Part shown: positions 24,703 through 34,052 of the stretch, piece by piece
Numbering within the stretch: position 1 is the stretch's first letter
Layout: the number at the start of each line of letters is the position of its first letter
Origin: Comamonadaceae bacterium
Lineage (GTDB): Bacteria > Pseudomonadota > Gammaproteobacteria > Burkholderiales > Burkholderiaceae_C
Direction of reading: 5' to 3'
Length of the DNA stretch: 37,655 nucleotides
Assembly: GCA_947374705.1 (NCBI GenBank)
Contig: CANCDA010000001.1
Coordinates: forward strand, 1 to 37,655
Notes under the pieces: generated by a model
Told to the model about the DNA's origin: nothing
What the model saw: the letters and a program-made list of their open reading frames with translations, nothing else
The model's database searches: none
Position numbers and translations under genes: made by a program

Positions 24703-25848
24703 TCATGCACTGAGCAGATTGCGTGCGATGACCAGTTGTTGAATTTGTGTCGTGCCTTCATAGATGCGAAACAAGCGCACATCGCGGTAAAAGCGCTCAA
24801 TGCCGTATTCGGCGAGGTAACCTGCGCCGCCAAAGATCTGCACCGCACGGTCGGCCACGCGGCCACACATTTCAGAGGCAAACATCTTGGCGCAAGACGC
24901 CTCGGTGTTGACGTTCAAGCCCTCATCGCGCTTGCGTGCCGCGTCGATCACCATGCAGCGTGCGGCATAAATTTCGGCCTTGCTGTCGGCGAGCATGGCC
25001 TGAATGAGCTGAAATTCACCAATGGCTTTGCCAAATTGCTTGCGCTCCTTGGCGTAGCGCACGGCATCGGCCAGCATGCGCTCGGCCGCACCGGTGCTGG
25101 CCGCAGCGATATTCAGACGGCCTTTGTCCAGCACCTTCATCGCGGTCTTGAAGCCGATACCTTCCTTGGCGCCAATCAGGTTCTCAGCCGGTACGCGCAC
25201 GTTGTCAAACATCACGTCGCAGGTGTGGGCGCCCTTTTGTCCCATCTTCTTGTCGATCTGGCCGAGTGACACGCCGCTCGTGCCTTTTTCGACGATGAAG
25301 GCCGAGATGCCGCCAGAGCGCTTGTTCGTCACATCGGTGCGGGCCATGACAGTGAAGATACCCGCCTCGGGCGCGTTGGTGATGTAGCGCTTGGTGCCGT
25401 TGATGAGGTAGTGGTCGCCCTCTTTAACGGCGGTGGTGCGCAGGCTGGCCGCGTCCGAGCCACTGTCAGGTTCAGTCAAGGCAAAGGAGCCGATGATCTC
25501 CCCGGTGACGATTTTCGGCAGGTACTTGGCCTTTTGCGCCGGTGTGCCGTCGATCACGATGCCCTGCGCACCGATGCCGTTGTTGGTGGCAAACAGCGAA
25601 CGAAAGGCGGGCGAGGTGGTCGCGATCTCGAACCCCGCCAACACCTCTTCTTCCATCGTCAAACCCATGCCGCCATAGGCTTCGGGAATGGACATGCCGA
25701 ACAAGCCCATGTCTTTCATCTCCTGAACGATGTCGTCCGGAATCTGATCGGTGTCGGCCACATGGTGCTCTTGCGGCACGAGGCGCTCGCGCACGAAGCG
25801 CGAAATGCTGTCCAGCAAGAGCGTGAGGGTTTCCTGATCGCGGATCAT
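24703..25848 (-). CDS. Acyl-CoA dehydrogenase (candidate pimeloyl-CoA or cyclohexanecarboxyl-CoA dehydrogenase)
   Basis: [25 protein letters not shown]... is a typical ACAD N-terminus, with [11 protein letters not shown] and YEGTTQIQ motifs. Start 25848 avoids a 41-nt overlap with the upstream gene. Confidence 0.85.
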   Translation of the reverse strand: MIRDQETLTLLLDSISRFVRERLVPQEHHVADTDQIPDDIVQEMKDMGLFGMSIPEAYGGMGLTMEEEVLAGFEIATTSPAFRSLFATNNGIGAQGIVIDGTPAQKAKYLPKIVTGEIIGSFALTEPDSGSDAASLRTTAVKEGDHYLINGTKRYITNAPEAGIFTVMARTDVTNKRSGGISAFIVEKGTSGVSLGQIDKKMGQKGAHTCDVMFDNVRVPAENLIGAKEGIGFKTAMKVLDKGRLNIAAASTGAAERMLADAVRYAKERKQFGKAIGEFQLIQAMLADSKAEIYAARCMVIDAARKRDEGLNVNTEASCAKMFASEMCGRVADRAVQIFGGAGYLAEYGIERFYRDVRLFRIYEGTTQIQQLVIARNLLSA

Positions 25849-25858
25849 GGTGCGGGCT

Positions 25859-26656
25859 TTACTTGACGTACTTGCGAAACTCGGGCTTGCGCTTTTCACG
25901 GAAGGCGTTGCCGCCTTCGGCCGACTCGGGGGTTTCGTAGTACATCTTCAGCGCATGCATCGCCAGGCCGCCCATGCCGCGAATCATCTCGGTGTCCACG
26001 TTGAATGATTTTTTGGCCAAGGCAATCGCCGTCGGACTTTTCTCCAGAATCTCGTCGCACCACTTGCGCACTTCGGCGTCTAGCTGGTCAAGCGGCACCA
26101 CGGCGTTCACCAGGCCCATGGCCAGTGCCTGCTGTGCGGTGTAGCGGCGGCACAGGTACCAGATCTCGCGCGCCTTTTTCTCGCCCACCACGCGTGCCAA
26201 CAAAGCCGTGCCAAAGCCGGGATCGACCGAACCGACCTTGGGGCCAACCTGGCCGAGTTGCGCGTTCTCTGAGGCAATGGCCAAGTCGCAAATCGTGACC
26301 AGCACATTGCCGCCGCCAATCGCAAAGCCGTTGACGCGGGCAATCACCGGCTTGTTGCAATCGCGTATGGCGCTTTGCACTTCTTCAATCGGCAGGCCGA
26401 TGACACCCCGCCCACCGTAGCCGCCATCTTGCGTGCCCTGGTCGCCGCCGGTGCAAAAGGCTTTGTCACCCGCACCGGTCAGCACCACCACGCCCACGCT
26501 GCGGTCATAGTCCGCGTCCTTGAAGGCGTGGATCAATTCTTCGCAAGTGTTGGCGGTGAAAGCGTTGTAGGCCTTGGGCCGATTGATGGTGATGGTGGCA
26601 ATGCCGTCCTCTTTGGTGTAGAGGATGTCGGTGTAGTTGGGTGCTGTGGCTTGCAT
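25859..26656 (-). CDS. badI: 2-ketocyclohexanecarboxyl-CoA hydrolase-like crotonase (BadI/MenB subfamily)
   Basis: Long colinear identity to my recollection of R. palustris BadI: AFCTGGDQ, KPVIARV.G.AIGGGNVL.TICDL, GQVGPK.GSVDPG.GTA.LARVVGEKKAREIWY.C.RY, and the C-terminal EKRKPEFRKY.K. AGGA lies 7 nt before ATG 26656. Confidence 0.8.
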   Translation of the reverse strand: MQATAPNYTDILYTKEDGIATITINRPKAYNAFTANTCEELIHAFKDADYDRSVGVVVLTGAGDKAFCTGGDQGTQDGGYGGRGVIGLPIEEVQSAIRDCNKPVIARVNGFAIGGGNVLVTICDLAIASENAQLGQVGPKVGSVDPGFGTALLARVVGEKKAREIWYLCRRYTAQQALAMGLVNAVVPLDQLDAEVRKWCDEILEKSPTAIALAKKSFNVDTEMIRGMGGLAMHALKMYYETPESAEGGNAFREKRKPEFRKYVK

Positions 26657-26727
26657 GATGGAGTCCTTGATTTGATTGAATATGCCCTTCGACAAGCTCA
26701 GGGCGAACGGGTTTGTGCAGTGGTGAT

Positions 26728-27495
26728 TTAGCCGACCATGGTCAAGCCACCCGACACGCTGATGACCTGGCCGGTGATGAAAGCCGCGTCGTCGCTGGCC
26801 AGAAAAGCAATTGCGCCGGGCAGGTCGCCGGGCTGGCCCAGACGGCCAAACGGAATGGCGCGGGCCAGGCCCTGGCGCAGTTTGTCGGCGCCTTCGCCTT
26901 CACCGGCAAAGTCAGCAAACAGCGCGGTGTCGGTGGGGCCGGGGCAGACCACGTTGACGTTGATCTGCTTGCGCGCCAGTTCGCGCGCGATGGTTTTGGA
27001 GAAGGCAATCATGCCGCCCTTGCACAGCGCGTAAACCGCTTCGCCGCTGGAGCCCACACGGGCCGCGTCCGACGCCACATTGACGACACGCCCGCGCCCG
27101 CGCTCCGACATGCCCGCGAGCACCGCGTGGTGCATGTGCAGCGAGCCATAGAGGTTGATGGCGACGATTTGCTCCCACAACGCCTTGTCGGTTTTAAGGA
27201 AGTTGCCAGCGCGGTCCCAGCCCGCGTTGTTGACCAGCACGTCAATGGGGCCGAGGGCCGCTTCAACGGCGGCCACGCCCGCGATGACCTGTTCCTGGTT
27301 CGTCAAATCCAGCACAAATGCCTGGGCCTTGCCGCCCGCTGCCGTGATGTCCTTGACCACGGCTTGCGCGGCTGCCGGGTTGATGTCCACCACCGCCACG
27401 GCGGCACCTTCTTCACCGAAGCGCTTGCAAGTGGCCGCGCCAATGCCACCACCACCACCGGTGACCAAAACTACTTTGCCTTGAAGTCCACGCAT
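26728..27495 (-). CDS. badH: 2-hydroxycyclohexanecarboxyl-CoA dehydrogenase-like SDR (BadH-like)
   Basis: VTGGGGGIG, VLVNNAGWD, INL.G.LHMHHAVL.GM, NVASDAARVGSSGEAVYA.CKGG..AFSKT.ARE and NVVCPGPTDTAL...GGLTM match remembered BadH. GGAGA RBS. Confidence 0.8.
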   Translation of the reverse strand: MRGLQGKVVLVTGGGGGIGAATCKRFGEEGAAVAVVDINPAAAQAVVKDITAAGGKAQAFVLDLTNQEQVIAGVAAVEAALGPIDVLVNNAGWDRAGNFLKTDKALWEQIVAINLYGSLHMHHAVLAGMSERGRGRVVNVASDAARVGSSGEAVYALCKGGMIAFSKTIARELARKQINVNVVCPGPTDTALFADFAGEGEGADKLRQGLARAIPFGRLGQPGDLPGAIAFLASDDAAFITGQVISVSGGLTMVG

Positions 27496-27584
27496 ACATT
27501 TCTCCTGTTAAGAATTTAAAAAACGAACTCTGTATTGCAGCTCATCGCTTACGATGACCGCCATCCTGTTTGCTGACACGATCC

Positions 27585-28055
27585 ATGACCAACCTGCGCA
27601 CTGAAAAAAATCACGCTACACACGAGATCAACAACCGCTTGTTCTTTCGCCTGTTTCAAGTGGCCAACACCCTGCACACCAAGGGCAGCGCGGCGGTGGA
27701 GCAGTTCGGCATGAGCACACAGCGTTGGTCGGTGCTGGGTGCGCTGTCGCGCCCGCAAGCTGCAGGCGGTATGTCGATCAGCGACTTGTCGCGCTTCCTG
27801 CTGATGAGCCGCCAGAACCTGACCGGTCTGCTCTCGCGGCTGGAGCGTGACGGCCTGCTCGAACGCGTGACCAACGAAGACGACCGGCGCTCCCGCAAAG
27901 TCAAGCTCAGCGCCAAGGGTGAAGCCGTCTGGCAACAACTGCAGGAACCCATTCACGCGTTTTATGACCAGGCGCTGAAAGACCTGTCCTTCGATGACCG
28001 GTTGGCGTTTATTCATTACTTCACCAAGCTGCAAACCAATATGTCCAAGCTCTGA
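27585..28055 (+). CDS. MarR-family transcriptional regulator (BadR-like position, divergent from the badH-like gene)
   Basis: Winged-HTH core SISDLSRFLLMSRQNLTGLLSRLERDGLLERV.NEDDRRS..V.LS.KG. ATG 27585 is preferred over TTG 27570. Confidence 0.85.
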   Translation: MTNLRTEKNHATHEINNRLFFRLFQVANTLHTKGSAAVEQFGMSTQRWSVLGALSRPQAAGGMSISDLSRFLLMSRQNLTGLLSRLERDGLLERVTNEDDRRSRKVKLSAKGEAVWQQLQEPIHAFYDQALKDLSFDDRLAFIHYFTKLQTNMSKL

Positions 28056-28072
28056 TCGGGCTTTGATCGCGC

Positions 28073-29221
28073 TCAGGTCAGGCGCATGCCGGACTTTTCA
28101 CGCGCAATGATCATCTTCATGATGTTGGCCGTGCCGTCACCAATTTGCAGGCCCAGCACGTCGCGGTAGCGCTGTGCAAAGTGGTAGTCGCGGGCATAGC
28201 CACCATGGCCATGCGTCAACAAGCATTGGTGGATGATTTCGCAGGCCAGTTTGGGCCCCCACCATTTGCACATGGCCGCCTCCGCCGTGTGCGGCTTACC
28301 CTGGTCTTTAAGCCACAGTGTGCGCAGACAGTGCCAGCGTAATGATTCGAGGTAGGTCTCGCCCTCGGCCAGGGGGAAACTCACGCCCTGGCGCTCGATG
28401 ATGGGCAAGCCAAAGGTTTCACGGCCTTTGGCGTAGTCCCAGGCTTCATCGAGTGAGGCGCGCGCCACGCCCAGGCACTGCAAGCCGATCAGCGCGCGGC
28501 TGTAGTCAAAGCCTTGCATCACCTGGACAAAGCCCTTGCCCTCGTCGCCCAGCAGGTGGTCAGCAGGCACGCGCACGCTGTCAAAAAAGATCGAGCCACG
28601 TCCCACGGCGCGGGTGCCCACGTCGTCAAAGGCAGTGCGCGTCAGGCCCGGCAAGTCCATGGGCACGAGGAAAGCGCTGATGCCTTTGGCGCCGTCCTTG
28701 TCGCTACCAGTGCGGGCAAACACCACGGCCACGTCGCATTGATCGGCCAGCGAGATGGAGGTTTTTTCGCCGTTGATAACAAAGTGATCACCATCACGAA
28801 CCGCCTTGAGCTTGAGTCGCGCGGCGTCCGAACCCGCACTGGGCTCGGTCAGCGCAATGGCCACCAGTTTGTCACCGCTCAAGATAGGTTTGAGCCAGCG
28901 CTCTTTCAAATATTCTTGCGCATGGGTGGCCATGATCTGCCCACACAACGAGGTCAAGAGGTTGATGTAGGACATGTTGAAGTCGCCATAGGCAATCTGC
29001 TCCAGCAACAGGCCGCTGGTCACGCAGTCCACACCCAGGCCACCGTAGGCCTCGGGCAGCTCGGGGCCGAGAAAACCCATGTTGCCCATGGCCTTGACCA
29101 TGGCCCGGTCCACGCGCCCCGTCTTGTCGCCCAGCGCATAGCCCGGGGCGAGTTTTTGTTGGGCAAAGCGTCTTGCGCTGTCCACCAGCGCTTGCTGGTC
29201 GTCGCTCAGGTTGAAGTCCAC
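28073..29221 (-). CDS. Acyl-CoA dehydrogenase (candidate AliB-like cyclohexanecarboxyl-CoA dehydrogenase)
   Basis: GTG 29221 (VDFNLSDDQQALVDSARRFAQQKLAP) has GGAGA 5 nt upstream. ALTEPSAGSD and IGDGTANIM are ACAD motifs. Confidence 0.85.
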   Translation of the reverse strand: MDFNLSDDQQALVDSARRFAQQKLAPGYALGDKTGRVDRAMVKAMGNMGFLGPELPEAYGGLGVDCVTSGLLLEQIAYGDFNMSYINLLTSLCGQIMATHAQEYLKERWLKPILSGDKLVAIALTEPSAGSDAARLKLKAVRDGDHFVINGEKTSISLADQCDVAVVFARTGSDKDGAKGISAFLVPMDLPGLTRTAFDDVGTRAVGRGSIFFDSVRVPADHLLGDEGKGFVQVMQGFDYSRALIGLQCLGVARASLDEAWDYAKGRETFGLPIIERQGVSFPLAEGETYLESLRWHCLRTLWLKDQGKPHTAEAAMCKWWGPKLACEIIHQCLLTHGHGGYARDYHFAQRYRDVLGLQIGDGTANIMKMIIAREKSGMRLT

Positions 29222-29274
29222 AGTCGTCTCCTTGTATTGGGGCGACCTCAGTTTAAAAGTGAAAGCCAAATAAT

Positions 29275-29288
29275 GTCAATATATTGAC
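29275..29288. promoter_or_regulatory. Perfect 14-bp palindrome GTCAATATATTGAC (candidate operator)
   Basis: Read directly from the sequence. It lies in the AT-rich divergent intergenic region, 54 nt upstream of the ACAD start. Confidence 0.5.
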
Positions 29289-29374
29289 TTAAATAATTTT
29301 CAAAGGAAAACCCTAATAGTCGCTTATGTTGCGAATCATCTTGGTGTTACATAAGGGAAATCCCTAGTGATTTG

Positions 29375-29384
29375 TTTGTACAAA
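29375..29384. promoter_or_regulatory. Perfect 10-bp palindrome TTTGTACAAA (candidate operator)
   Basis: Read directly from the sequence, at the centre of the divergent control region. Confidence 0.35.
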
Positions 29385-29417
29385 GATGGCTAAATTCGCT
29401 TGCAAAAAATTATTTAT

Positions 29418-29431
29418 GACAATACATTGTC
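29418..29431. promoter_or_regulatory. 6-2-6 inverted repeat GACAAT-AC-ATTGTC (candidate operator, related to 29275-29288)
   Basis: Read directly from the sequence. It has the same GWCAAT-N2-ATTGWC architecture as the first palindrome and lies 67 nt upstream of the ligase GTG. Confidence 0.5.
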
Positions 29432-29497
29432 GTTAATACCCCATCTAAGGCATCGGCCTTGACCGCCTTTCGCATCGCTGACCCAAGGAGACTCACC

Positions 29498-31120
29498 GTG
29501 CAATTCGATCCCGTTTTGATCCCGCCGCGCCAACAGGCCATGACCACGGCAGGCTTCTGGCGCCACCAGACTATCAACGACTTCATGGCCCAAGCCTTGC
29601 GCCAGTGCCCCGATCACACCGCCGTGGTGGCCTACCGCAGCGACGTGGCGCAGCCGGTGCGCCTGAGCTACCGCGCGCTGGACGTGCAGGTGGATCGCGT
29701 GGCCCGTGGCTTGCAGGCTCTGGGTGTGGTGCGTGGCGACGTGGTGAGCTGGCAGATGCCCAACTGGTGGGAGTTTTTGGCCTTGGCGCTGGCCTGTGCG
29801 CGCATCGGCGCGGTGGCCAACCCCATCATGCCGATCTTCCGTCAGCGCGAGTTGAAGTTCATGCTGGATTTTGGCGAGTCCAAAGTCTTCATCGTGCCCA
29901 AGACCTACAAGGGTTTTGACTACGAGGCCATGGCCAACGGTATGCGCGCTGACCTTCCGTTTTTGCAGCACTTGGTGGTGCTGGGTGGCGAGGGCGAGAA
30001 CAGCTTTGAACGCTTGCTTTTGCGTGACGACACGCCCGCCCTCACCGGCCAAGGCTTGTCGCCCGATGACGTGCTGCTGCTGATGTACACCTCGGGCACC
30101 ACGGGCGAGCCCAAGGGCGTGATGCACAGCTCCAACACCTTGTTTGCCAACCTGCATGGCTTTATCGACGCCTATGGACTGACGCAAAAAGACGTGATTC
30201 TGGGGGCTTCGCCCATGGCGCACCTGACCGGTTTTGGTTATCTGGCGATGATCCCGCTCATCCTCAATGCCACCACCGTGCTGCAAGACATCTGGGAGCC
30301 CAAGCAGGCGCTGGCGCTGATCCGCGACGAAGGCATCAGCTTCAGCATGGCGTCCAGCCCCTTTGTGGCCGACCTGTGCAGCGCCGCCGAAGCCGGTGGC
30401 CCGGTGTCTCCCCAGTTTGCCAACTTCTGCTGCGCCGGTGCGCCGATTCCGCCGGTGCTGATCGAGCGCGCCCGCAAGGTATTGGGCCTGGCCGTCAGCT
30501 CGGCCTGGGGCATGACCGAGTGCGGCGCGGTGACCATCACCGAGCCCTCCCGCACCGATGAAAAATCCGGCAGCACCGATGGCCGCCCGCTACCGGGCAT
30601 CGACGTCAAAGTGGTGAATGAAGACGGCCAGCCCCTGCCCACCGGGCAAACCGGTCGCCTGCTGGTGCGCGGTAGCTCCCTTTTTGGCGGGTATCTGAAG
30701 CGCCCCCACCTCAACGCCACCGATGCCGATGGATGGTTCGACACCGGTGACCTGGCGTTTCTGGACGCCGAAGGCTATGTGCGCATCAATGGCCGCAGCA
30801 AGGACTTGATCATTCGCGGGGGTGAAAACATCCCCGTCATGGAGGTGGAAAACCTGCTGTACAAGCACCCGGCCGTGGCGCTGGTAGCCATCGTGGGTTA
30901 CCCCGATGCGCGCCTGGGTGAGCGGGCCTGCGCTTTTGTGACCGTCAAGCCGGGCCAGAGCTTTAGCCTGGAGGAGATGAGCCGCTACCTGACCGAGCAC
31001 CAGGTCACGCGCCAGTACCACCCCGAGCGGCTGGAGCTGATGGACGACCTGCCCAAGACGCCCAGCGGCAAGCTGCAAAAGTTCAAGCTACGCGAGATGT
31101 TGCGCGAAGGCCAGGCCTGA
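29498..31120 (+). CDS. AMP-dependent acyl-CoA ligase (AliA-like cyclohexanecarboxylate-CoA ligase candidate)
   Basis: GTG 29498 has AAGGAGA 6 nt upstream. Canonical adenylation motifs YTSGTTGEPKGV, WGMTE, TGD and PKTPSGKLQK. Confidence 0.88.
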   Translation: MQFDPVLIPPRQQAMTTAGFWRHQTINDFMAQALRQCPDHTAVVAYRSDVAQPVRLSYRALDVQVDRVARGLQALGVVRGDVVSWQMPNWWEFLALALACARIGAVANPIMPIFRQRELKFMLDFGESKVFIVPKTYKGFDYEAMANGMRADLPFLQHLVVLGGEGENSFERLLLRDDTPALTGQGLSPDDVLLLMYTSGTTGEPKGVMHSSNTLFANLHGFIDAYGLTQKDVILGASPMAHLTGFGYLAMIPLILNATTVLQDIWEPKQALALIRDEGISFSMASSPFVADLCSAAEAGGPVSPQFANFCCAGAPIPPVLIERARKVLGLAVSSAWGMTECGAVTITEPSRTDEKSGSTDGRPLPGIDVKVVNEDGQPLPTGQTGRLLVRGSSLFGGYLKRPHLNATDADGWFDTGDLAFLDAEGYVRINGRSKDLIIRGGENIPVMEVENLLYKHPAVALVAIVGYPDARLGERACAFVTVKPGQSFSLEEMSRYLTEHQVTRQYHPERLELMDDLPKTPSGKLQKFKLREMLREGQA

Positions 31121-31195
31121 ATCCCCCCTCCCCCACGCCACCCCTTGCTCATCCGATTCCCGACAGACAACCCACCCTAACCAAGAGACCCGCCC

Positions 31196-32188
31196 ATGTT
31201 CAACCCCAAACCATCCCCTCTGCGCCGCCGCCTCATCCAGGCCGCCGCAGCCACCTTGTGCGGACTCGCCGCCATCAGCACCGCGCAAGCCCAGACCTGG
31301 CCCAACAAACCCGTCAAGATCGTGATTGGCTTCGCGCCCGGCGGCACCACCGATGTCATCGCCCGCGTGATGGCCCAATCCCTCAGCGAAGCACTGGGGC
31401 AGAGCGTTGTGGTGGACAACAAACCCGGCGCCAGCGGCAACGTGGCCGCCGCCGAAGTGATACGCGCCAATCCGGACGGCTACACCTTCCTGATCGCACC
31501 CACCTCGTTCGAAACGGCCAACCCCTTCCTGTTCAAGCAGACCATTGCCCCGGCCAAGGATTTGACGCCCGTGGTCGGCGTGGGCCGCAGCCAGATGTAC
31601 CTGGTGGTCAAGCCCCAGACCGCCGCCAAAGACGCCAAAGAGTTCATCGCCTCCGCCAAGGCCAATCCGGGCAAGTTGTCCTGGGCCTCAGCCGGCCCCG
31701 GCACGCCACCGCACTTGGCGGGCGAGCTGTTCCGCAAGGTCACGGGCGTAGATGCCACGCACATCCCCTACAAGGGCGCAGCACCCGCACTGCAAGACGT
31801 GATGGCCGGCCAGGCGGACTACGTGTTCGATCCGGGCATCGCCTTCCCCCATGTCCGCGCAGGCAAAGTCCGCATGCTGGCCGTCGTCGGTGCCAAGCGC
31901 TCATCCTTCTTCCCCGATGTGCCAACGCTGGCCGAACTCGGCTTCAAAGGCGCGGAGCTGGACATCTGGTTTGGCATGTGGGCACCGAATGGCACGCCCG
32001 CTGACGTGACCGCGCGCATGGGCACAGAAATTGCCAAAGCGCTCGCCCTGGCCACGACCAAAACCCGCTACGAGGCGCTGGGCGCAGAGCCGGTCGGCAT
32101 GAATAATGCGGAATTCAAGACCCTGCTAACCGAGGAGACGAAGTTGCTGTCCGCACTGATCAAGGAAGCCAAGATCAACATCGACTGA
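31196..32188 (+). CDS. Bug/TctC-family substrate-binding protein
   Basis: Signal region ending AAISTAQAQ. Contains [32 protein letters not shown] and IPYKGA. Confidence 0.92.
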   Translation: MFNPKPSPLRRRLIQAAAATLCGLAAISTAQAQTWPNKPVKIVIGFAPGGTTDVIARVMAQSLSEALGQSVVVDNKPGASGNVAAAEVIRANPDGYTFLIAPTSFETANPFLFKQTIAPAKDLTPVVGVGRSQMYLVVKPQTAAKDAKEFIASAKANPGKLSWASAGPGTPPHLAGELFRKVTGVDATHIPYKGAAPALQDVMAGQADYVFDPGIAFPHVRAGKVRMLAVVGAKRSSFFPDVPTLAELGFKGAELDIWFGMWAPNGTPADVTARMGTEIAKALALATTKTRYEALGAEPVGMNNAEFKTLLTEETKLLSALIKEAKINID

Positions 32189-32357
32189 CGGACGGCCAAA
32201 GCCTTGAGTGACTAGGGAAAACACCGACCCGGCCATGCAGGAAATGTCCGGTTTTCTGCCCGAATCGTCGCTGACGATTTCCCTGCAACAAATCAAAATC
32301 CAGCACGACCGTGGCGCAGCACGGGTGGGCTCGGTCTTTTAAATTTTGATTCGAAAA

Positions 32358-33185
32358 ATGGGCATGCAAAAAATGACGGGTGCGACAGCCATAGTGACCG
32401 GTGCCGCCGATGGCATTGGTTGGGCTACCGCGCAGCAATTGGCCGCCGAAGGTTGGCGCGTGGCGCTGCTCGATCTGCACGGCGACGCAGCTATCGCGCG
32501 TGCCGCCGAGTTGGGTGCGCAGCACTTGGGCTTGGCCTGCGATGTGAGCGACGAGGCCAGCGTGCAGACGGCTGTGGCTGACGTGGCAGCCCGCTTTGGC
32601 CGCATCGACGCACTGGTCAACAACGCGGGCATTGGCGACCAGACCGGTCCCACCACAGAACAAAACGTCGTCGCTTTTGACCGCGTGCTCGCCGTTCACC
32701 TGCGCGGCACTTTTCTAATGAGCCAGGCTGTTGGCAAATTGATGCTGCAGGCCGCGCCCGTGCCGGGCCAGGGGCGCGGTGCCATCGTCAACCTGGGCTC
32801 GATTGCCAGCACCATCGGTCTGCCCTCACGCAACGCCTACAGCGCGGCCAAGGCGGGTGTGCTGGGCATGACGCGCGCCATGGCCAGTGAGTGGGCGCGT
32901 GCCGGTATCCGCGTCAACGCGGTCGCCCCCGGCTATGTGCGCACGGCGCTGGTGGCCGACCTCGCGCGCAAAGGCGCGATAGATGCCAAGGGCATCGCCC
33001 ACCGCACACCGATGGGCCGCATGGCCGAGCCCGCCGAGATTGCAAAAGCGATTGTTTTTCTGGCGGGCCCGGGGGCCAGCTACATCACGGGGGCCGTGTT
33101 GCCGGTGGACGGCGGCTGGACCGCCTTTGGTGCGCCGGAATCCGCCTTGCCAGCACTTCCAACCGAGGAGACCCACGGATGCTGA
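32358..33185 (+). CDS. SDR-family oxidoreductase
   Basis: AIVTGAADGIG, NNAG and YSAAK (YxxxK). The exact start is uncertain (ATGs at 32358, 32364 and 32373). The stop overlaps the next gene (ATGCTGA). Confidence 0.85.
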   Translation: MGMQKMTGATAIVTGAADGIGWATAQQLAAEGWRVALLDLHGDAAIARAAELGAQHLGLACDVSDEASVQTAVADVAARFGRIDALVNNAGIGDQTGPTTEQNVVAFDRVLAVHLRGTFLMSQAVGKLMLQAAPVPGQGRGAIVNLGSIASTIGLPSRNAYSAAKAGVLGMTRAMASEWARAGIRVNAVAPGYVRTALVADLARKGAIDAKGIAHRTPMGRMAEPAEIAKAIVFLAGPGASYITGAVLPVDGGWTAFGAPESALPALPTEETHGC

Positions 33186-34030
33186 CCATCAACCTGTTCA
33201 ACGGCCTGACCTATGGTGCTTTGCTGATCGTGATGTGCTCAGGCCTGGCGCTGATTTACGGCCTGCGCCGCGTGGTCAATTTCGCGCACGGCTCGCTCTA
33301 CATGTTGGGGGCCTACATCGGCTACTCCATCGTCGGGCACAGCAACTTCTGGGTCGCTCTGGTGGCCGCACCGGCGGTGATGGCGTTGCTAGGCGTTCTG
33401 CTGGATCGCTACGGTTTTCGCCTTTTACAAGACCGTGACCCACTGACCGTGGTACTGGTCACCTTTGGCTTACTCCTGGTGATAGAAGACTTTGTGCAGA
33501 CCGTTTGGGGCAAGAGCAATTTGTCGGTGGCCGCACCGGCGGCGCTGAACTTCACGGTGGACCTGTTGGGCACCCCGGTGCCCGCCTACCGCATTGGCGT
33601 GATTGCCGTGGGGGCCTTTGTAGCGCTGGGCCTGAGCTTATGGCTGCGTTACTCGCGCATCGGCCTGTTTGTGCGTGCTTCCAGCACCGACCCCACCACC
33701 ACCGCCATGCAGGGTGTGAACACCGACGCCCTGAGCGCCGGGGTCGTGGGTCTGGGCACCGCATTGGCCGGGCTGGCGGGTGTCGTGGCTGCGCCGTTTT
33801 TGTCCTTGTCGCCCTCCATGAGCAGCGACGTGATCATCGACTCCTTTGTGGTGGTGGTCATCGGCGGGCTGGGTTCGCTGGCCGGGGCTTTTGTCGCGGC
33901 CATGGTGCTGGGCATGGTGCAGTCGCTGGGGGCGGTGTACCTGCCGGATCTGTCGGCGGTCTTGCCCTTCGTGATCATGGTGGTCGTGCTGATCTGGAAA
34001 CCCGCCGGGTTTGCGGGCAGCCGCACTTGA
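33179..34030 (+). CDS. Liv-type ABC transporter permease (LivH family)
   Basis: GAGGAG lies 8 nt before ATG 33179. MLTINLFNGLTYGALLIVMCSGLALIYG... is polytopic. The track start 32891 is an out-of-frame read-through of the SDR gene region. Confidence 0.9.
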   Translation: MLTINLFNGLTYGALLIVMCSGLALIYGLRRVVNFAHGSLYMLGAYIGYSIVGHSNFWVALVAAPAVMALLGVLLDRYGFRLLQDRDPLTVVLVTFGLLLVIEDFVQTVWGKSNLSVAAPAALNFTVDLLGTPVPAYRIGVIAVGAFVALGLSLWLRYSRIGLFVRASSTDPTTTAMQGVNTDALSAGVVGLGTALAGLAGVVAAPFLSLSPSMSSDVIIDSFVVVVIGGLGSLAGAFVAAMVLGMVQSLGAVYLPDLSAVLPFVIMVVVLIWKPAGFAGSRT

Positions 34031-34052
34031 CGCGCTTGACGAAAACACACGC

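Noticed and set aside
27496-27584. A shared MarR operator (GWCAAT-N2-ATTGWC) in the badH/marR intergenic region
   Set aside because: I looked for the motif and found only a lone ATTG half-site (CTGTATTGCAG) and a TTAAGAATTTAA AT-tract. There is no convincing inverted repeat to report.
32189-32357. Hairpins after the third TctC gene (GAATCGTC-GCT-GACGATT at 32262-32279, GACCG...CGGTC plus TTTT at about 32308-32340) as terminators
   Set aside because: The first hairpin has no U-tract, and the second has a 5-bp stem with a 20-nt loop. I cannot support either as a functional terminator from sequence alone.
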